From Felis catus (Eukaryota): a stretch of 64,000 bases of DNA. Position numbers and translations under genes: made by a program. The stretch covers positions 132,620,001 to 132,684,000 of the forward strand of contig NC_058368.1 of NCBI RefSeq assembly GCF_018350175.1, read 5' to 3'. Numbering within the stretch: the stretch's first letter is position 1; the number at the start of each line of letters is the position of its first letter. Below the pieces are notes generated by a model that did no database searches, had not been told where the DNA came from, and was given only the letters and a program-made list of their open reading frames with translations. Shown in pieces: positions 13,504 through 27,084 of this stretch.

Positions 13504-13544
13504 ATGATCGCCCAGTGCCTTTTGGCTGTGCGAGGCCTCCACAG
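13504..13544 (+). CDS. NLN: NLN (neurolysin, EP 24.16) coding exon 1; start of mitochondrial presequence
   Basis: ATG 13504; MIAQCLLAVRGLH(R) resembles the human NLN N-terminus MIARCLLAVRSLRR; donor AG|GTATCT at 13544/13545; 41 nt phase 2 joins exon 2 in frame. Confidence 0.95.
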
Positions 13545-13680
13545 GTATCTCGGTGTGCGGGTTAACCTTGACTGTGGGCCGGGAGTGGTTTTCCGTCCTG
13601 TCAGTGCCAAGTGCCTGTGCTCGGGCTTTCCCAAGCGCACCCCTCTGACGCTCCTGGGCCTCTCCCTCCCCGCGGCCCGC

Positions 13681-13846
13681 ATGCTCTGCCCTGAGGGACA
13701 CCTGGCGCGGGGGAACTTGGGGCCACCTTTCCCTCCTCCGCTCTCTTGGGAAGGCATCCATTCCCCTTTGTTTGGGACTGCCTCAGCTGCAGTCAGCGAG
13801 ACTGGTCACAGGCCCGGCCCAAAATGAATGCAGAAAGATGGTTCGG
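13681..13846 (+). pseudogene. NLN: Probably inactivated alternative first coding exon of NLN
   Basis: MLCPEGHLAR, then after a frameshift ELGATFPSSALLGRHPFPFVWDCLSCSQRDWSQARPKMNAERWF(G); closely resembles the recalled alternative N-terminus of pig neurolysin; expected donor reads ATAAG at 13847. Confidence 0.7.
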
Positions 13847-15017
13847 ATAAGAAAATCGTTTGACTTCCGCCCCGCCCCCCCATCCAGAACTGCAGACCTC
13901 TTACTGAAAGTGCTGGCAGCTGTAGACTCAGGAATAGGGATTCTAATTTGCCCCTCACGCACATCATTAGCATACAAATCGTTTAACGTCCTTGCAAGAT
14001 GAAACCGCTATGGTTTTGCGGCTTTTCTCCGTCCATGCTTTCTAATTTCCTTTTTATTTACCTCTTCCCCATAAAACATTCGGCCTCTTGCTGGGGCAAA
14101 TTGACTTGGCCCAAAATGGAGGAAATTATTGCTTGGACACGGTTTGGGGCAGCCTCAGCTGCTGTTTTGGATTGCTTCCTAGCTCCCAAGCCACACCCCT
14201 CTGCAACAGACCAGTAGCAAGATGGTGAGAGAATTAAATTCTTTGCTTGGATGCGCTAGATGGAGTGGTTTTCAGAAACAATGCCTCTACCACTCCCATT
14301 CCCGAAGACAGCCTTGAACTGTACATCCTAATGAAGATCCAACAGAAAAAAGGAAATGTGTCTTTCTTGCTAGATACTTACAAAACTACTTTGGGAAATG
14401 TTAAGCATTCAACCTTTTTAACAGTTTTCTATTGTACATGGTCACTCATCCGTGAGGAGCTTTATGTTGCTCAGTCCTTATACTTATGGTGCGTCCAAGG
14501 GACAGTAGTAATTATAAAGAGTTAATGTGATGGTTTTGGCCATATTTCACGCTGTCCTTTTAGTCTGCAGGCTGCAAGTGATAACAACTTCAAATGCAGC
14601 TATACCAACCAGTGAAGATAAATAATGCAGGTGTGAGAAGAAAGAATAAATATCGTGTAAGATACCAATTCTCAAACTTTTCAGCCCCAAGACCTCTTTA
14701 CCTTACAAAAATCATTGAGGACCTAAGAGCTTCTGTTAATGTGGGTTGTACTAGATCTATCCATATTAACCATATTAGATGAAAACTAGGGAATTGTAAA
14801 GTATTTATTAGTTTATTTATAAAACAATAATAAACTCATTACATGCACAAATAACATTTCATTAAAAATGAAACTATTTTCCAAACTAACTATTTTCCAA
14901 AACTCCTCCAAAAACATGAGTAAGAAGAGTGGAATTGTGGGGGTTTTTTCCTTTTCTTCAGCTTTGTTTGTTGTTGTAAAATATACATAACTTAACATTT
15001 GACATTTTAATCATTTT

Positions 15018-15234
15018 TTTTTAATTTTTTTTCAACGTTTTTATTTATTTTTGGGACAGAGAGAGACAGAGCATGAACGGGGGAGGGGCAGAGAGAGAGA
15101 GGGACAGAGAGAGAGAGGGGCAGAGAGGGGCAGCCATCAGCCCAGAGCCTGACGCGGGGCTCGAACTCATGGACCGCGAGATCGTGACCTGGCTGAAGTC
15201 GGACGCTTAACCGACTGCGCCACCCAGGCGCCCC
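15018..15234 (-). mobile_element. Feline CAN-SINE with internal rearrangement
   Basis: TSD gacattttaatcatttt 15001-15017 / 15235-15251. Confidence 0.9.
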
Positions 15235-15762
15235 GACATTTTAATCATTTTTAAGTGCAAGATTCAGTGGCATTAAGAACTTAAACATTGTTGTGCAACC
15301 ATTACCATTATCTGTCTCCAGATCTTTTTCATCATCCTAAAGTGAAACTCTGTACCCATTAAACAATAACTCCTCATTCTCTTCTTTCCCATCCCTGGTA
15401 ACCACTATTCTTTCTGTCTATGAATTTTACTTTTTTAGGTAACCTCATACAAGTAGAATCATAAAGTATTTGTGACTGGCTTATATGAGTTAGCATAATG
15501 TTTTTAAGTTTCATCCATGTACTTAGGTCAGAATTTCCTTCCTTTTTAAAGCTGAATAATATTCCATTGTCTGGATATATGACATTTGTTTGTCATCTGT
15601 CCATGGACATTTGGGTTGTTTTCACCTTTTGTCTATGTGTGACTTAATAGAAAATAGCTGAATTCTTACATCTGATTCTGCATTTGATATGTTACACTCT
15701 TTTGGTTTAAGATGAAAAAAATTCCACCTCCCATTCATATATATTTGGAAAAACTACTTTTC

Positions 15763-16194
15763 TTTTTAAATTTATTTATTTTTTGAGAGAGACAGAGACA
15801 AAGTGAGCAGGGGAGGGGCAGGGAGAGAAGGAAAGAAAATCCCAAGCAGGCCCTTCACTGTCAGGGGCTTGAACCCATGAACCGTGAGATCATGACCTGA
15901 GCTGAAACCAAGAGTCACACACTTAAATGCCTGAGCCACCCAGGCACCCCTAGGACTACTTTTTTTTTCTTCTTCTTCTTTTTATTTATTTATTTATTTA
16001 TTTATTTTTGGGACAGAGAGAGACAGAGCATGAACGGGGGAGGGGCAGAGAGAGAGGGAGACACAGAATCGGAAACAGGCTCCAGGCTCTGAGCTATCAG
16101 CCCAGAGCCCGACGCGGGGCTCGAACTCCCGAACCGCGAGATCGTGACCTGGCTGAAGTCGGGCGCTTAACCGACTGCGCCACCCAGGCGTCCC
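15763..16194 (-). mobile_element. Two adjacent CAN-SINEs (15763-15950; 15964-16194)
   Basis: Second copy is near consensus with TSD taggactactttt 15951-15963 / 16195-16207. Confidence 0.9.
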
Positions 16195-17059
16195 TAGGAC
16201 TACTTTTTAAAAGTAATCATGGATATGCTTTATATCATACCAAAGTTTGATATGTGGTAGTGTTTTAAAGATTAGTTTCAATGCAGAATATGAAACTATC
16301 CATGTACTTTTCTTATTCTATCATATTAAAATCCATGTGTCTATCTTAGATTTTAAACGGATCTTTTACCCATGATTTTCAAATACCAAACATTGGTTAC
16401 TTGGAAAATAGCAGTTCACTCTGTTAAACAGATCTTCCTAATGTTGATACATTACGTTTTACAATATCAAATCATATTCCCTAATATCATCATCCATCTC
16501 ATCATAAATGTCTTGAAGTATTAGGGAACTAGCAAGCTCACAATGCCAGATGCACTTTTTCAAAATTCTAATTTTCATTTTAAAGCTGACATTTTATCAC
16601 TGCTAACAAATACTGTCAGTTCCTTGAAGTGACAGGCTCACTTTGTTACATTTTTTGAGAGAATTTCTGCAGCAGAAATGCTGTATGCATACATTGCCAC
16701 ACATACACATTCAGTGATTGAGATTTAATAAAATTAAATATTTTACTATTTCATGAAAGTGAAATTGACATTAATTTTTAGCATGAGTGAGTGGTCGTAA
16801 AGAATATAATGACTGCTAAGACATTTTGGTGCCACTGCCTTGATTTGTTCTAAGGTGCCAATGATTTTATCTACCATTGCTTCTTACCATCAGTGCAAAT
16901 GTCGACCAAGTGAACAAAGTAAATAATATCATAGTATTATCATGAAATACTTTTAACCTCACAGATGACTTGAAATGGTCTCAAGGACCCCCCTCCATAT
17001 TCCCATCCCCAAGGATTACAAACCACATTTTGAAAACCACTGGTCTGTGTTACTCAGAT

Positions 17060-17504
17060 TTTTTTTTTTTTTTCTGAGAGAGGTGTGAGAGCAGGGGAGG
17101 GGGGCAGAGAGAGAGGGAAAGAGAGAATCCCAAGTGGGCTCCACACAGAGCCCGTTGAGAAGCTTGAACCCATGAACCATGAGATCATGACCTGAGCTGA
17201 AACCAAGAGTCAGATGCTTAACTGACTGAGCCACCCAAGTGCCCCTTGTTACTCAGATTCTTTGTTTATGTGTGGAAGAAAATAAATATATAGAAAGCCA
17301 TGCAATTATTATCTTGTTAGAAGCTGGTAATCAGGGGTACCTGGGTGGCTTAGTTGGTTAAGTGTCGACTCTTGATCTTGGCTCAGGTTATGATCTCACA
17401 GTTTGTGAGTTCAAGCCCCACATTGGGCTCTGTGCTGACAGTGCAGAGCCTGCTTGGATTCTCTCTCTCTCCTTCTCTTTGTCTGCCCCTCCCCTGCTCG
17501 TGCA

Positions 17505-17555
<51 letters not shown>

Positions 17556-17592
17556 GTCTCTGTCTCTCTCAATAAATAAACTTTTAAAAAAA
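17060..17592. mobile_element. Divergent pair of CAN-SINEs (17060-17245 minus; 17333-17592 plus with (CT)n)
   Basis: SINE heads and tails; TSD tgttactcagatt around the first copy. Confidence 0.85.
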
Positions 17593-18899
17593 GCTGGTGA
17601 TCAACTATAGCAACTATTTGATTACTTAACAGCATAATATTACAGTTAATCAACATATACAGTAGTAGTAGTCATTAAATTACAGCATTTGTGAGTGAGT
17701 TAATCACAATATCTTTGTTTCAAACTGTATCCTCCAAAAAACAGTCGATACTAGGCAACATGGAAGCCCTCTGTGTTCTCTTGATATATTTTTCCTAATT
17801 TCTTCCGACACTTGGGAGTTCATTTTAGTGTTTTAAAGTGACCAGGTTTTTATTTACTGACTTAAGATTCTTCTTGTGTTTTCCTGTTGGCAGAGCTGCT
17901 ATATATCCCCTTCCAAAGCCATTTGAGCAGCCCATATCATTGATGGATTACTAGGCTAACTTCTTGGGAATGAGGGGACTGAGAATCTGAAGACATTATG
18001 CTTGCTGTTGAGATAACCTATGACCTTAAGTAAATCACTCAATATCTTGGATCTCTCAAATTCCTTATTTTGTAAAATGAAAAGGACTAGACTAAATGAT
18101 ACCTAAGATTTCTTTCAACTTTTGTTGCCATAGCAATTAAACCAGGAGAATTTCCCTTCCTACCTCATCTAAATTGCACAGAATTTGAGCCAAGCAGAAT
18201 CTAATGTAGAGTGAGGGATGGATCATGGCATGATCAAAAAGACAAATGGGAAAGATGACTCAACAATATTTAGTCCAGATTATGCCTATAATGGCCCTTG
18301 TTTCCTCATTCAATTAAAAAAAACCCTTAGTTTTAAAAATTATGACAGCAATGCGTGTTCACTGTGGAAAACTAGAAAATATTGACAAGCAAAAGAAACA
18401 AGTCCACCGATCCAGAAGAGCCATGTGTTAATAGCTTCCAAAATCTTTTCTACATAGATGTTTTTGTTTTTACAAATATGAGATTATACCATATTTATTA
18501 TAATTTTTATGTACTGCAAGCACTCTTCCATAATATAAAGAGTTACAATATAGTCCATTTGGAAATGTATGGTAATTAATCCCTACTTTTGGATATAACT
18601 CTTCCCAACTTCTTGCTGAGTAATAGTGCTTAGATAAACATTCTTACTATTAGGTCTTTTTCCAAATCCTTAATTATTTCATCAATATAAGTTTTTAGCA
18701 AAGGAATTTGTACATCAGAGGCCTTTGATGCACATCTTTCAGGATTTGGTACCTATTTTTTTCCAAAAAGTTTTAACCGAATTTCACTCTTACCAGTGGA
18801 GTGTATAAATGCTAGTTTCCTACACGATTACCAACACTGAGCATTTTAATATTTTTTATCCTTACCAATTAGTTAAGTAGAACTTTTCTTATTGTTTTC

Positions 18900-19447
18900 T
18901 TAAATGTTTATTTTTTAATGTTTATTTTCGAGAGAGAGAGAGAGAGAGAGAAAGTGCAAGTGGGGAAAGCGGGAGAGAGGATCCAAAGTGGGCTCCGCCT
19001 TTACAGCAACGAGCAGCCAGATGCAGGGCTTGGACTCATGAACCATGACCTGAGCCAAAGTCACTCAACCAACTGAGCCATCCAGATGCCCTGAAACTTT
19101 TCTTATTATAATTTACATTCACTTCCCCTTTTTTTTTTTTTGAGAGTTTATTTGGTGAGTTTAATTCTCTAATAAAATTTCAGGACTTGTGATCTGAAGA
19201 CCAAAAAAGTTCCTTGTTTTCTTTTTCCTTTTTTAAAAAATATGTATTCGTTTTGAGAGAATGCACACACACATGCAAGCAGGAGAGGGGCAGAGAGGGA
19301 GAGGGAGAGAATACCGAGCGGGCTCCTTGCTGTCAGTGCAGAGCTTGACACGGCCCTCGATCCCACAAAGGAGGAAATAATGACCTAAGCCAAAACTAAG
19401 AGTTATGTGCTTAACCGTTTAACTGACTGAGCCACCCAGGCATTCCC
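18900..19447 (-). mobile_element. Two CAN-SINEs (18900-19092; 19230-19447)
   Basis: Diverged SINE bodies ending in ctgagccac/tccagg-like heads. Confidence 0.8.
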
Positions 19448-20384
19448 AATTTATTCATATGGGAAGTCTTAGAAAGTCAGACAAATTAAATTATAGTTAT
19501 TCATAAACTTAACATTTATGTATCTTAACTGTAATTAAATAAAATCGAGATTGTCTCCCCAAATCCAGTAGTTAGAAACCCCAGAATTTTACAATGGTGC
19601 TAGAAAAAAAATACTAATGGAGAAAAGGTTTTAAGTTACAAATATCAAAGGTTACACATTAGTTGTATAAATGGATTTTAAAATGTTGTAAAGGAGGATT
19701 TTTATTGTTGGTCTTTACCCCTGGTTTTGCACAGAAACGTCCTAGTACTTTCTCATGTTTAAATAATATCACTTCTTTGGTTAAGACAAAAGAGAGAACT
19801 TCTGTGGAGAGAAGCACCTAGATTAAAGTAGGAAGAACCAAGGAAATTGATGCTTATTGGGCACATATGTATATGCCACACTCTGCTTTAGAAAGGCAGG
19901 TAGTATAGTACTCTAGACTAGACTAGAATAATCTGTAGCCTGCTTGCCTCTGCCACTGACTAGCCCTGTGATCTTAGGCAGAGTTACTTAATTTTTCTGT
20001 GTTTATTTCTTCATCAGCAAGCTGAAATTGATTGGCTGATTTTTTCAGTCGCCAATATTTACTGAGTATTATGTGCCAAACATTATTCTAGGTCTAGTGA
20101 TACAGTGATGAACAAAGCAGCCCCAAATCCTTATGTTCGTGGAGCTTATGTTCTTTCTAATGGGAAAGACAGATAAGGAAAATACAGCATATGTTAAATG
20201 GGAAAATGTGCTAGGGGGCAAAAAATAAAGCAGGATAGATGGGTATTTAGTATTGGTGAGTTTACAGGAGAGGGCTCAGTGAGAAGCTGGTGTTGTGCCT
20301 GATGTGTTTGAGAACTCGAAGAGGCCATTGTGACTGGAGTGGAGTACAGGAGATGAGATAAGAGAGGGAAAAATTGTACTCATC

Positions 20385-21275
20385 TGTATTAGAAAAACAG
20401 TTGTTCCTTCTCCTAGGAGGCCTTTTACTACTCACACAGAACTTTTGGCTTATGACAATTAGGTCACCAAATGTGTGTGGAAGTTTTCTCCACAGCAAGC
20501 AATTCTCTGCCTCACCAGCTGGGTGTCCTACATTTTAACTTAATTCTGACACTGTCTACCTGGAGATACCATCAGATCCCCCAGGTTAAGGGCTGGCTCC
20601 ACAAGTCTGCTAACCCAACTCCAGATGCCAATTGCAAGTCCATGTTGTTTCCACTGCTTCTGTCCTATTGGCTATAAGTCTCAGGTTCCCATGACTCCCT
20701 CCTTGGGTTCAATTAATTTGCTAGAGTAGCTCCCAGAACTCAGGAAACATGTTTACCAGTTAAAGGACATTATTGTAAGGATGCAGATGAAGAGATACTG
20801 AGGTCTGAGCACAGGAGCTTCTGTCTCTTTGAAGTTGGGGTGCATCATCCTCCTGGAACATGGCTGTGTTCACCAAAACTAGAAGCTCTCCAAACCCCTT
20901 ATTATTGGGATTTTGATGGAGGTTTCATGAGGTAGGCATGATATGTCGTTAATTCCATTTTCAGCCCTTCTCCCTTCTCAAGAGAATGGGAGGGAAGGCT
21001 AAAAATTTCAATCTTCTAATCATGGCTCTTTTTGGTGACCAGCCCTCATCTAGGAGCCTATCCAGTCACTTCATCAGAACAAAAGACACTCCTATCAGCC
21101 AGGACATTTCAAGGCTTTCAGGAGCCCTGTGTCGGGAACCAGCGTCAGAAACCAAATATTACAACAAAAGATGATCCTAGTGCCCTTATCACTTAGGAAG
21201 TAATAAGGTTTTTAGGAGCTCATTGCCAAGAATCAGGGGCAGAGACCAATATATATTCGCTATTATCTCATATCA
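20385..21275. mobile_element. ERV-type solo LTR (MER21-like)
   Basis: TG...CA termini, ~890 bp; ccagctgggtgtcctaca...ttctgacactgtctacctggagat...aggttaagggc core. Confidence 0.7.
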
Positions 21276-21339
21276 CCTGTTTAAGATTGAGAGTAAATAA
21301 ATATAGAGTACTTTGAACATTACTTGACTATATCCATTA

Positions 21340-21760
21340 CTATTGCCAAAATAATGCTATGTAGCAAACCAAATCTTGGGAGTATAGTGATAAATGTTTA
21401 TGTTTGCTGACACACGTTGTGTTTGCAGGGCAGTTTTTCTGGTCTTGACCAGGATCATTCCACCTATCAGCCATGGATTGTGTAGGCAGCTCTGTTGATC
21501 TTGGCTGAGCTGCGTCATATATTTGGGGATCTGGGATGGCAAAAGTTGGGGCCGTTTGGCTCTCTTTCACATTCTCTCTCATCCTCCAAGAGGCTAATTC
21601 TGACTTGTTCTTATGGCGATGGCAGGGTTCCATGAGAGTGGAAGTGTATACAGGCCTCCTGAAGCTTAGGCTCAAACTGGAGTACCATCAACTATGCCAC
21701 ATTATGCTGGCCAGAGCAACTCCCAAAGACAGACTGTATCCTGATGGGAGGAGCAGCAAA
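21340..21760. mobile_element. Old MaLR LTR (MLT1-like)
   Basis: ataatgctatgtagcaaacca start and tgccacattatgctggccagagcaa near the end. Confidence 0.6.
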
Positions 21761-22439
21761 CTCAAAATTGTAAGAAGTCATAGGTGCATAGAGGGGTGAA
21801 ATGGAGGTCATTTTAGCATTTGGTCTATAATATCGGCACATCAAAGCTCTATATATGTTAGCTATTATTTTCATGTTTGTGAATTACCTGGTTGGATTTT
21901 GGAGGTTTTTAAATTCAGAGTATTAATTTGTAATAGCCCTTCATAAATGTTGCAATTTTTTTTTAATTTTTTTTTTAGTCTTTGAATTGTGGGGTGGATT
22001 GTTCCCGCTTTTTGTTCTACACAAGTTAAAATTTTTATGTAATCAAGTATATCAGTTTTTTGTTTGTTTTTTTTTAATGACGTCTGCCTTTGGTCATGTG
22101 CCTAGAATGTCCTTCTACCCCAAGATTAGAATTTTTTTAAATCACCTGACTTTTCTTCTAGTACTTTTATGTTTCATTTTGCATATTTGAAACCTTTATC
22201 TATCATGAATATTGACTTTTTTGAAATGACTTTTCTAATTATTAAGTGAAACCAAAAGAAAATCAACATAAACTGAAGGAAGTATGAGAAACTCCAGCTT
22301 ACAAAATTGGGGTTTCTGATTACCTCAGTGTACATTGGAAGATCCTATCCCATTCCACCTACTTGGCACTCAAAAGGATATCCTTCTATTTCCAAGCCAC
22401 ACATAGCTGGTGTCTTTGATACCTAATCGTATTTAACCT

Positions 22440-23050
22440 CAAGACTAAGAGGAAAATTCTTTTTCTGCTTCACATCTTTTATTTTTTCTTCCTGTCCCCC
22501 CCCCCACCACCTTTAGGGTAACAATCAATTTGTTCTCTGTAGTTAAGAGTCTGTTTCTTGGTTTGCCTCTCCGTTTTTTTTCCCCCTTTGCGCGTTTGTT
22601 TTGTTTCTTAAATTCCACATGAGTGAAATTCATATAGTATTTGTTTTTCTCTGACTGACTTACTTCACTTAGTATAATACACTCTAGCTCCATCCATGTC
22701 ATTGGAAATGGCAAGATTTTATTCTTTTTTATGGCTGAGTAATATTCCATTGTGTGTGTATACATATATATTATATGTGTATATATACATATTTTCACAC
22801 ACATACACAAACACACAATACAACAGCTTCCTTATCCATTCTTCAGTCAATAGATACTTGGGCTGTTTCCATACCTTAGCTTTTGTAGATAATGCTACTA
22901 TAAACAGCAGAGTGCATGTATCCCTTTGAATTAGTATTTTTGTATTCTCTGAGTAAATATACCTAGTAATGCAACTGTTGGGTCACAGGGTAGCTCTATT
23001 TTTAACTTAAAAAAATTTTTTTAAGGTTTATTTATTTATTTTGAGTGAGT

Positions 23051-23090
<40 letters not shown>

Positions 23091-23300
23091 CTCAAGCAGG
23101 CTCTGCACCATCAGCACAGAGCCCATTGTGGGGCTCGAACTCACAAACTGTGAGATCATGACCTGAGCCAAAATCAATAGTTGGACACTTAACTGACTTA
23201 GCCACTCAGGCGCCCCTCTATTTTTATTGAGGAACCTCCATACTGTTTTCCAGACTTGCTACACGAGTTTGCATTCCCACCAGCAGTGCAAAAGGCTTCC
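22440..23300 (-). mobile_element. Carnivore L1 3' fragment with nested SINE (~23005-23216)
   Basis: Minus frame gives MEYYSAIKKNKILPF..TWMELE. Confidence 0.85.
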
Positions 23301-23819
23301 TCTTTAGGAGTAGGTTTTTTATGCTTTGAGTATGCCACACCATACATAAGGATGTAGCTACAAAAATATTTACAGAAACATTCCTCTCATTTACCTGGTC
23401 TTCCCAAGTTTCCAAGCACAACAAAAGAAGACAAGTTCCAATGCTTAAAAGCATTACAAGTCTCTGTTTTATATTTGCTAGTATCTTGTGACTAAAGCAA
23501 GTCCAGTGGTCAAACCTAGACTCAAGGGTGGAGATAACTCTTGATGGAAAAAAACTGCTGTGGGGCACCTGGCTGGCTCAGTCGGAAGAGCGTGTAACTC
23601 TTGATCTCATGGTCCTGAGTTTGAGCTCCACAGTGGGTGTAGAGATTACTAAAAAAAAAATTTTTATTACTTAGAAGAAAAAAACTGCTGAATTATATTA
23701 CAGTAGGTTATGCTGACAGAGATAGGAAAATTTTATAGATATTTTTGCAGTCTATTACATAGCTTATGTAGTATTCAGGAAAAAAAATTATCTTTAAATA
23801 CATTAGCAAAGAAGAAAGA

Positions 23820-26760
<2,941 letters not shown>

Positions 26761-26819
26761 TAAATGCATATTCATACAGAAAGAGATGAACCCTTTTTTT
26801 TCCCCTTTAATCCTTTTTT

Positions 26820-27034
26820 CTTTCTTTTTTTTTTTTTTTTTTTTTTTTTTTTGAGAAAGAGACAGAGTGTGAGCAGGGGAAAGGCAGAGAGAGAGGGAGA
26901 CACAGATTCTGAAGCAGGCTCCAGGCTCTGAGCTGTCAGCACAGAGCCTGAAGCTGGGCTCGAACTCACTGACCATGAAGTCATAACCTGGGCCAAAGTC
27001 AGAAACTTAACCAATTGAGCCACCCAGGCACCCC
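26820..27034 (-). mobile_element. CAN-SINE with long T tail
   Basis: Standard body, poly-T 26825-26852. Confidence 0.88.
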
Positions 27035-27084
27035 TCTTTTTTTCTTCCTTCCTTTCGTCCTTCCTTCTTGCTTTCTTACCTTTT

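Larger units (their letters stand above)
12930..13900. promoter_or_regulatory. CpG-island bidirectional promoter shared by SGTB (-) and NLN (+)
   Basis: Very high GC and CpG density; GC boxes (GGGGCGGGG at ~13293 and ~13312), ETS core ACTTCCG 13184-13190 and ~13863, E-box CACGTG 13350-13355; lies between divergent first exons. Confidence 0.92.
14664..17042. mobile_element. Charlie1-like hAT DNA transposon carrying nested insertions
   Basis: Left end ttctcaaactttt...cattgaggacc, right end ccacattttgaaaaccactg; nested L1M fragment (~14960-15635) and SINEs. Confidence 0.8.

Noticed and set aside
12851..13827. Long overlapping ORFs (up to 218 aa) on both strands in the CpG island
   Set aside because: Expected from stop-codon scarcity in GC-rich DNA; Ala/Arg/Pro/Gly-rich with no recognisable domain. 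Only the first 41 nt of 13504-13827 is real NLN coding sequence.
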